Source: Octopus vulgaris (taxonomy: Eukaryota). From it: a DNA stretch of 64,000 nt. Position numbers and translations under genes: made by a program. The notes beneath the pieces were generated by a model. The model did no database searches. It was not told the origin of the DNA and saw only the letters and a list, made by a program, of their open reading frames with translations. Shown here one piece after another: positions 54,654-64,000 of the stretch. The stretch is from positions 7,688,001 through 7,752,000 of the forward strand of contig OX597814.1 in the NCBI GenBank assembly GCA_951406725.2, read 5' to 3'. Position 1 is the first letter of the stretch, and every line of letters begins with the position of its first letter.

Positions 54654-55020
54654 ATAATAATAATAATAATAATAATAATATTCAGAAGAAGAAGAAGAAG
54701 AAGAAGAAGAAGAAGAAGAAGAAGAAGAAGAAGAATTGGAAGAAGAAGAAGAAGAAGAAGAAGAAGAAGAAGAAGAAGAAGAAGAAGAAGAAGAAGAAGA
54801 AGAAGAAGAAGAATTGGAAGAAGAAGAAGAAGAAGAAGAAGAAGAAGAAGAAGAAGAAGAAGAAGAAGAAGAAGAAGAAGAATCCTTGGATGGGATTTAT
54901 AATTATTTTAATGCACTGGAATATGCGTTTCTGCAAATCATGTGTTTCTTAAGATCATAATTGCTATTCCTGGAATGATTCCAATGCAGCCATACTACAA
55001 TGCTTCAAACAAACTACAAC

Positions 55021-55076
<56 letters not shown>

Positions 55077-58000
55077 GGGGAGAGAGAGGGAGAGAGGGAG
55101 AGGGAGGGAGACATAGACATGCATGAGTAGACAAACAAAATGTGTTGAGCATATATATAAATATATATTCATGTTTGATGGCCATCCACTTGTGATCGAG
55201 AAAGACCATTACTGACCTTCAAAAACATTGTGCACTCAAGGATTAACTTATATTTTGCATTTGCAGCCCCAGTGGTGGCTAATGAGCCCTACTCTTGACA
55301 ATCATACACAACTGCAAACATTACAGATCAAGTTTCCCTATGCACTACACCAGCAGTGTACTTTCGAACAGCTTCTTAAGTTCTTCTAGCAGAATGTGTG
55401 CCCCCTCAAAAGTGTCGACCCCCACCTCCTTAACCTGCTTCTTCCATCTGTAGTGCGACAGGCATTGTTTTCCCAGTCAGTCTCTTGTATATCACAGGAC
55501 TTGACACAGTCCTTAAATCACAGCCTTGGTTTCTGCCAGGGCCTCTTTCCATTCACAAGTTCTCCATATAGCATCTGCTTAGGGATCCTGCTAAACTTCA
55601 CCTTAATAAAGTATCCAGTCCATCGTAACAGGTGCTTGTGTAACATTGCCTCAATACTCAAGAAATCAGCTGTCCTCAGGACCAGTGTGTCTGGAGTTTT
55701 TAAGGTCCAGACAACATTCAGAAAGTGTTTGAGATACTGCTGCAGTAGTGATTTTACACTGTTATAGTGGGCAAGTGCTAGATTTCGCTGCACAGCTGAA
55801 AGTCCTATGTGCAGCAATGCATTGTGGGCATGGTGCTTTACAACTAATAGTTGCTGAACCTTAGCATCATTTTCATGAAACCAGTGTCTGTGTCTGGCAG
55901 TTGCATGTCCCAGTGTTTCAGCAGCACATTGAAGAATATGGTCTCAAAAAGCTTCCCATGCTGCAGTATTTTCGATGCTGGACAAGCGAGTCTGAAGCTC
56001 TTTCCTGAACACAGCATCATATATATTGTGGACATTCAGATGCCAAGGAATGCTGAATGGCCCTCTTCTCTCTTTCACTCGAATCATCATCCGGGACTTT
56101 GCTTGCACCAGACTGAGGTCTGTCCAGCATACCGATCCCTTAAAGGACTTGACATTACAAATGTCATAGATGTCAGGCTTGTGGATGATGACATAATCCA
56201 GCAAGTGCCAAAACTTAGACCTTGGATGCATCCACATTTTTGTGTCATCACTTTTGTGCTTGTGATGTCCATGTTCATTGCAGAGATCCAGCAACACGAG
56301 ACCATTGCTATTCATTTTCCCTACTACAAAATGTCCTAGAGAGTTCCAACCCTAGCATTGAAATCTCCCAATAGAATGACTTTATCAGAATTGGGGATTT
56401 TCCTAAGTATGGCTCCCAGCTGTGTAGAAAGAGGTAGCTTCGTCTTCACCATAACTAGTCAAGGTAAGTGCTTAGGTACTTATTAGAGTAGCAAACCACC
56501 CACCTTTCAGGTGCAATCTTAGAGTCATTCGACATTCATTTATAGGAACAGGAAGCTCCTCCAACTTCTTCAGGATATCAGATCGAACTGCCAAGCCAAC
56601 ACCAGCCTCTCTGTGCTTCCCCATCTACTTCCCCTTCCCCAAAAAGGTGTTTCCACTTCCTAATTCCTCAAGCTGACCATCACCTTCTATATGAGTCTCT
56701 GAAAGTGCAGCTATATCAATGGTATAACAGTTCAGCTCATGAAAAACAAGTGCAGAGCATCTTTTTAGGCCTGCAATCACTCTTGTTATCCAACAGAGTG
56801 CGCACATTCCAACATGAAATGTTCAAGTTCCATCCAGATTTTGTAAATAAGAGTTTCTTTGTTTTTCGAGTGCAGGGTGGACATCCATCAATCGTGCTAA
56901 ACTGACCAGATATAGAAAGACAGACAATTTTTGGTTCACCTTTTCTAGAACCTCCCTGGCCTCCGGGTCAGTGGTGCCCTCTCCAAATGGAGCTGCACAG
57001 ACACCCATGCAGCAAACAAATCCTACTGCTATCTTGGGCAAACAAGGAGATGACTTTATATCTAGCATGGTCTGCCTATGTGCAGGTCGCTGACTACATG
57101 CTCCCAAACTGTAAGGTCTGCATGCTTCACCACTTTCTCATTGCTGCAGGACTTCCGAGAAAGAAATTAAATACAAACATACTAAAAATATATAAATATA
57201 TATACTAAAATGAAAGATACATATATAATAGAAATGTGATTATGTGTATATATATATGTAATTTAGAGAAAAACTCCTATTAAACTATTATTATTATATA
57301 TGTATATATATATATATATATACATAACAAAGTGGAGTTGTAAGGTACCACATGAGTGGAATTATATATGAAAGAAGGTTTGAAAATGCAATTTTAAAAG
57401 ATGTTTATTCACTTGACCAGTTTCACTTTTTTAGAAAAAGATTGTCAAAAGTAAAATGTAAAAGCTTTGTTGTGTTAGGTACTGGTTGTCACAAAATATT
57501 ACAATACATATATACATTCTTTGATAATAATAAGAACATGTTAAAAACAGTTTACAAGGTAAAATCTTGGGAAAATATAAAAATGTTTAACAAGTTCATT
57601 AAAATATTGGGCACAAAAGATTACAATATATATATACATTCTTAAGAAATGTTAAAAACAGTTTACAGAAAGAATTATTAAAAAGTTCAGAGGAATATTG
57701 GTATTGTATCTGTATATATATACACAGAAAATTATAAGTGCAAAAAGGTCATATTTTGGTAGTATATATATTTACACCGAAGGAGATATATTTAGTTTAC
57801 AAAGAATTTGGGATGAACTGACCTGATTCACCATATTATCGTAAAAGACTATTTTCTATTTCAAGAGACAGTGTAGGAAATGTGTTTGGGTGGGGGGAAG
57901 GAAGAGCAATGTGGAATTGACAAGAAGTTTTTGTTTCTCTTACAAGAATAAGTGATTTGGGCGATTGGTCTTTAGAGGTTAGAATGGTGTGAGTGTGTGT

Positions 58001-58259
58001 GGGGGAATTATAACCGTGTTTCATGGTCTGCTACCCCCAACAGCTCCTTTATAGGATCCAGTTAGCTCAAGACATCATCAGGAGGAACCACATCCGGTTT
58101 CGGCCCCTACTCCTCTACCGTTTTGACGTGGCGGCCGCCCCCCCTTCCGGAGGTGTCTTCAGCTCTGGTGTTGGGTGCATGTCTTTTTTCTTCTGTTCCC
58201 TGGCCTCTTCGATGTAGCGTCAGCGAGTGTCAGTCGGTGACTGACTGACTTGTCAAATT

Positions 58260-60492
58260 TCTCCCTTTAAATACCTGCCGCTAGGCTCCAGCAGGCAGCC
58301 CCAGCAAGTTGTCACGTGACACTGTCTCACCTTAACTGACTAGTGAAGGCGCGTAGTTTTAGCCCGCGCTTTTTCTAAACGACCGTCACCTGTCAATCAG
58401 CGAAGCTAATTCAGTGTCAGCCTGTCTCACCTAGTGATGTTATTTTCCTGCCGGTATGTTATGATTTTCAAGCCATTTTTGGTTTTCCCGCTTCAGCCAT
58501 ATATAGAAGCTGGCTTTTTCGACTGCCTCCTGTATTCTCCTTATTAGCTTTCCCAATTCCAAGCTAGAAAATGCAAATCTTCTTTTGAATAGCATTGTCA
58601 TTTTCCTTTCAATGAAGCCCCTAGCCCCCACTGCCAGGTGGTAATACTCGACAGTCCATCCCTGTTCTCTGCATTCTTCGATTAGCTTTTCGTACCTCAT
58701 CTCCTTTCGTTTCTCTGCATTGTCGATGTTCTCTTCCCATGACACTGTCAGTTCTAGCAAAATTCCTATTCTCCATTCTCTGTCCCATAGGACTAAATCT
58801 GGTCTTTTTGTTGTTTTTATTAGTGGAAATACTACTTGTCTTTCCAAGTCCGTGGCCACCTCCCAGTATCCCTTCCATCTTTCGTCCATCTCGTATACTT
58901 TACTTGTAGGCCTGGTTTTATATCCTTTTCCTCCTTCTGGAAGTATACTTTCCTGCGCTTTTCTACTTTTGGGTACTCTCCCCTATTGTATCCCTCGATC
59001 TTCTCCTTGAGTGCTGCACTTATGATGCCGAGGACTTGATTATGACGCCATGTATACTTTTCTAGTGCTAGTCTGCAGTTTGACAGAACATGTCTAAACA
59101 TCGCTTTCTCTCCACATCTACACTCATCAGTTGTTTTTACATTCCACTGGACTAAGTTTGCCAGTGAGGGTAGAACGTCGAAGGTAGACTTGATCAGGAA
59201 GGATGTTCTTGCTTGTTCGACCAAGCCCAAAGTTCCTGCAATGAGATTCTGCGACTGATCACATATTCCTCCCATCTCAGGCACTGTCCCTGTTGACTGC
59301 ATTGCACCAAATGTACATTTCACCTTTCTTCTTCCTCCTTTCTCACTTCATGTACCACTGCCTCTTTCATCTCTTTTACACTGCTCTTGCAAAATGGCCT
59401 GAAATTTTGCGACCCTAGGCTGGTTCTAGCTTCTTGCGTCGCTCCGACTATATCTGCGTGCTTTAGTTTTCCGATTGCCCTGTTTACTGCCTCTTCCGCC
59501 TTCCATTTCCTCCCTGTTCGTACCTTTGGAGGGTTTTCCCGGATGCTCTGATCTTTTGAATACCTTAGCATCAATACTGTCCTTGCCTTTCCTGCCTTAT
59601 ATTCTTCGGCGATTGATGTTATTGGTAGTTGCAGCACAGGTTTTCCATATAGTGCAGTTGTATTCAGTGGTTTTGGCAGACCAAGCCATTTTCTGATAAA
59701 CACACAGCATCTTTGTTCCATCCTTCCTACTCTACTCGTGGCTATTTCGTACATCTGCAATGGCCACATTATTCTTGGGTACAGCCCAAATTGCAGTATC
59801 CAAAATTTGAATTTCCCGGCAGCGTTGTTCTGTCAACTGCCTTTAATCCTTGTTCTACTAACTCGTGTGTTTCTTTCCCTTGCTTCTTATCATTTAATAA
59901 ATCTCTATACCATCTGCCGAGACTCTTTACTGGTGGTTCTTTCACCGTTGGTATGTCTTCACTTCCTATCCTGAATTTCACTTCTTTTTACCTTCCTTTC
60001 ACAAAAGCCACGCTTCGAGACTTTTTGGCTTTGAATTTCATCTTTGCCCATCCTATCAGTTCGTCCAACCGCTCTAACGTTCCCTCTGCTGCTTCTCTAC
60101 TTTCCAATAATACAGTTACGTCGTCCATAAAAGCCCTTAATGGTGTCTTTGTAACAGCTTTCTCGCAGTTTGTAGATCTGAGTAACATTTCCATGACTAG
60201 CACAAGTAAGATGACTGATATCGTGCATCCGGCTGCAATGCCTATTTCAAGCCGTTGCCACTCCGTTGTGAACTTTCCTGCTGTAAATCTCATCCTCAGG
60301 TTGTCGTAGTACGACATGAGCATTCGTTGAACACCTTTCGGAATCCAAAAGATGTCCATCGCTGTTTTTATTATTGCGTGCGGAACAGATCTAGCCAAAT
60401 AATATACAGGTTTTCTTCAGTTGTTTTGCACAGGTGAAGGCTTCCCAGATGGCAAATGCGTGTTCTATGCACCCAGGAATTCCGGGGATTCC
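58260..60492 (-). mobile_element. HERO/R2-group non-LTR retrotransposon (RT plus restriction-like endonuclease), 5'-truncated
   Basis: GIPGCIEH, GIAAGCTIS, AFMDDVT, KSLGRW, C.CG...HVLSNC, WRHNQVL, RPDLVLW..ELTV.WEEN..A..RK..RY. Confidence 0.82.
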
Positions 60493-61046
60493 TGTTTGTG
60501 TGTGAGGGCCGTTTTTGATTGGTCCCAGGGTTTATTGTGGTGTAAGTAGATGTGTCTGTGTGTGTTTAATATTTGGTAGGATGGTGTGTGCATATGTGTG
60601 CACGTGTGCATATGTGTGTGTGTGTGTATGTGTGTGGTTAGTGTTTGTTAGTGTGTTGTGTGTGCACTAGTGTGTGTATGTGTTTGTTCATATGTGTGCA
60701 TCTGTGGTTGCATGTGTATTCTTGTGTATTTTGTGTTGGTGGGGATGTTATATGCGTGTATGGGAGTGTGTGTGTAATATGAGTGTGTGTGTGTGATCAA
60801 CAGTGTGTGTTGTTGTCTTGGTGTTGTGTGTGTGTATGTGCGTGATTGGTATTTGTCATGGTGCTGTGTGTGCGCATGTGTGTGTATATGTGCATCTGTA
60901 TGGAGGTCAGAATGGTGTGAATGTGTTTGTCTGTGTGTGTGTGTATATACATGTGTTTGTGTGTGAGGGCCGTTTTTGATTGGTCCCAGGGTTTATTGTG
61001 GTGTAAGTAAAAGTGTCTGTGTGTGTTTAATATTTGGTAGGATGGT
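60493..61046. repeat. ~90-bp direct repeat pair enclosing a (GT)-rich tract
   Basis: tgtttgtgtgtgagggccgtttttgattggtcccaggg...tttggtaggatggt at ~60493 and ~60954. Confidence 0.85.
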
Positions 61047-61357
61047 CATGCTTGACCTTCAGTCTGATGAATCACAACTGACTCAGGGTCAAACAACAAC
61101 AACAACAACAACAACAAGCAAAACATTCTTAGCTTCAAATGTTACAATGGAATATTTCAGAAGCAAGAATTTGGTGATGGGAAATGGTATAATGAAAGGA
61201 TAAAGCACAACAAGATATAATGAACAGCATTAAAGGTAGCATGAAGAAAGGTACCCAGGACATGCTGTGAAGTGGTTGGCATTAGGAATGGCATCCAGCC
61301 ATAGAAACCATGCCAAAGCAGACACTGGGGTTCAATAAACCCTTGTGGCTCATTGGA

Positions 61358-62169
61358 GCCAGTCAAAATGTTGCACCCATTCCAAAATGGAACAAGGGCT
61401 GTAAATGAGGATCATTTCTATTTCCTTTGTTTCTTGTAGAATATTGTTTTTTGGTAAATTCCAAGAATATCAACATAAAACAACAAACAACAAAAACATC
61501 AACCAACCTTTACTATTTCTGTGTCTTGAGAATAAACCACAAAGTAAACATCTTTGATCTGGCTTGAATTTAGATCTGAGTAGTTTTTCACTGCTTCATA
61601 CATAATTCCAGGTAGTTTTTCAATGGGGTACCTCAATGTCCCAGCCCCTAATATAGGAAATGCCAGGTTTCTTGCTTCTATTCTCTCAGCCTTTTCCAGA
61701 CAAGTGGTTATTATTTGAGTCAAGTTTGCCAGAATCTAAAAAAAATAATTGTTTAGCAATTGATAATGAACATTTTTATTAAATTATTTTCTTATTACAG
61801 GAAGAAACCTTTAAGTTGTAATAAATATATCCTCCTCTCACAACTCCTCTCACTCCTACCACTTCTAAACACAACTGTCATTCTTATCACTCTTTAGTCC
61901 TGCAAGGGACAAGGCAACCTCAATCATGATGCTGCTACAATAAAACAGACCCCATCCACCGTGTAAAATGGTTGGTGAATGAAGAGAGACAATGCAGACC
62001 CAAGAGGAGTCTTTAGTGTTGTTGAGGACATGACAACCTCTCTAGTGCTCGTGCCATGACAGAGAAAAACTCACCAATACAGAGAGTAAAACACAGAAAT
62101 ATGTTTTAATATAGTCTTATTTATCAGTCATATAACTGTTGTTAGGCCATGAGGCTTTTTTCCTTCTAT
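61358..62169 (+). repeat. Duplicated block around exon C' (partner 38490-39300)
   Basis: Alignment ends on the right at a Helitron-like 5' end at 62169. Confidence 0.95.
61508..61735 (-). CDS. Exon C' of a multi-macrodomain (PARP9/14/15-like) gene: C-terminal half of a macrodomain
   Basis: Acceptor ttttttttag, donor aag|gttggt, 228 nt, phase 0/0. Translates ILANLTQIITTCLEKAERIEARNLAFPILGAGTLRYPIEKLPGIMYEAVKNYSDLNSSQIKDVYFVVYSQDTEIVK, with the macrodomain-type AFPxxGxGxxxYP loop. Confidence 0.88.
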
Positions 62170-62440
62170 CTCTTATTATAAAAGGCAGATTTTATCTGCC
62201 TCCCTTTGTAACTTATAGAAATTTACAATATAGGATTTCTTCAATTACAATTTACCTAGCATTTTTAAGAGTAGAATGCATCGGGTCATGCCAGGTCCAG
62301 TTTTTAAAATTTAAACTCCAATTAAGCAAAATTTACATAAAACTCACATTCTGGTGTGTATGTCAAATGCTTTTCTTAGTCTGGTTTACAGCACACGCAA
62401 ACGCACACACACAGTGGGCAACGAATAAAGTGAAACTAGA
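62169..62440 (+). mobile_element. Helitron-like 5' portion
   Basis: Starts with TC after an A, exactly where similarity to 39300 stops. Matches 28020-28246 inverted. Confidence 0.65.
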
Positions 62441-62634
62441 TGTAATATTTGTTTCTGTCTATCACGCTGATAGATACATGAGTAAAATGTATGGGAAGCT
62501 AACAGATAAGGGTGAGTGAAAATGTTCTTGGAAGAGAGTAAATAGCCAGAGAGAGTGATTTGAGGAAGACTTTACATTAAATAACCGTAGTGGCTTGTGT
62601 TAGTAATAAAGTAAACATACACTCATACATACAT

Positions 62635-62665
<31 letters not shown>

Positions 62666-62883
62666 TACACACACACACATACATACATACACACACACAT
62701 ACATACACACATACATACATACATACATACATATACATACATACATACACACACACACACATACACACACACACAGTATTGAAGCTTGAGAACAATCAAA
62801 TACATTTGCAACACATCTGTTGAAAATATTATTGTTCACACACATACATATACATATATACATACAGACAGACAGACAGATAG

Positions 62884-62914
<31 letters not shown>

Positions 62915-63039
62915 ATCCAGCATGGCCACAACCTCAAGGCTGAAACATATAAAAGAATAACAGAATATAAATGTGTGCATGTGTGTGAGAGAGAGAGTGT
63001 GTGTGTATATGTATGCATGTATGTATGTATGTATATATA

Positions 63040-63630
63040 ATAATGCGGTTTTTTTCAACAGCTTGAACTAAAAGTCAGAGGGGAATGGGATAAACTACTT
63101 ATATTAACTTGCTATAAAAGCATGTAGTAATTTTATCTTGTCCTTATTCATAGTGCAAGTTTTGAAGAGTGCATTTCGATTTTAACAGCTATTTTTTTCA
63201 AAGCTATGTTGGAAGTAACAAAGGAGCATATTTGGCATATTTTGCTTTATGAGTTCAATAAAGACAACAACGCAATGGAAAGTACAAGAAATATTAATGC
63301 AGTATATGGGGATTGGACAATAAGCGTAAGGCAGTGTCAATGGTGGTTCCAGAAATTCCGAGCCATAAACTACAGCCTAGAAGACGAGCCTCATCCTGAA
63401 AGATCTGTAGAACTCGACAAGGACATCCTGAAAACCCTGGTGGAACAAAATCTCATCGTAACTGTTGAGGAACTAGCAGAGAAGCTTGGATTTGGTCATT
63501 CAACCATTCATTGAGACCTGTGTGCTATCGGAAAAGTCAGCAAATTGGGTCAATGGGTTCCTCACGAACTTTCCGAGTCTAATTGCATGCAGAGAGTGAA
63601 TGTATGCTTTTCTTTGCTGTCACATCTCAC
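63040..63630 (+). mobile_element. Truncated mariner transposase pseudogene
   Basis: HIL.YEF...W.QKF HTH region and WVPHEL motif, with an in-frame stop at 63512-63514. Confidence 0.85.
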
Positions 63631-63649
63631 CACTACTGCGCTATGTATA

Positions 63650-64000
63650 TCTATATATATAAAACTGTAGTTGTGTGAGTGTCTGTCCCCTTCGATTTAG
63701 ATTCCTAACTACTCCCACATTTTGCGGTGCAGTTTAACCAAATTCGGGTAGCTTATAGTCGTGATTCATATCGAGCCCGTCTGAGTATTAGCGTGCGTCT
63801 ACGATGAGTCTACAATTTTAAAAATAATTTAACATCATTTTTTATTCCATTTTAATGCATAATTTTTCGTGTGTCGATGGTGGCGGAGTTGGCGTCCACG
63901 CTCACACCTGCACCTGTGGGGAAGGGAGTGTAAGGAAATCAACGTCGTAATGCGTTGTCAAGGAGACCAGCGTTCTTTTAGAACAACGACTTCATGGCTT
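63650..64000 (+). mobile_element. Non-autonomous Helitron 5' part (same family as 26590-26984)
   Basis: TCTATATATATAAAA start and the shared gatttagattcctaactactcccacattttgcggtgcagtttaacc block. Confidence 0.7.

Larger units (their letters stand above)
43451..57304 (+). repeat. Segmental (intragenic) duplication, copy 2
   Basis: See copy 1. Contains the same mariner MITE, Tx1-like LINE, exon D', Tc1-like element, RTE LINEs and SINE. Confidence 0.97.

Noticed and set aside
61050-61118. CTGATGA motif as a hammerhead or C/D box
   Set aside because: No GAAA/stem III arrangement. It is the loop of a stem preceding an (AAC)n tail, typical of a retroposon 3' end.
62577-63058. Several 60-150 aa ORFs
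   Set aside because: (CA)n/(CATA)n microsatellite translations.

Overview
Repeat-dense eukaryotic DNA. The microsatellites and the SINE, LINE and Helitron families look cephalopod (Octopus-like); that assignment is inference. The ORF track is almost entirely transposon debris or microsatellite translation. Hidden in it is a spliced minus-strand gene with six GT-AG exons that join in frame: 61735-61508, 49582-49531, 40123-39987, 39705-39478, 38867-38640 and 14241-14190. They encode tandem macrodomains of the PARP9/14/15 (BAL) type, built by intragenic duplication of a 4-exon, 645-nt (215-aa) module. A ~13.7-kb intronic block is duplicated near-identically (8218-21914 vs 43451-57304). The two copies of the macrodomain C-terminal exon differ at 32/228 nt (15/76 aa), while the introns on either side differ by only ~1-3%. 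The introns hold Dong/R4-, RTE-, CR1-, Tx1-, HERO- and Penelope-type retroelements, mariner/Tc1 derivatives, non-autonomous Helitrons, tRNA-derived SINEs and three Penelope-type hammerhead ribozyme motifs, all on the gene's sense strand.
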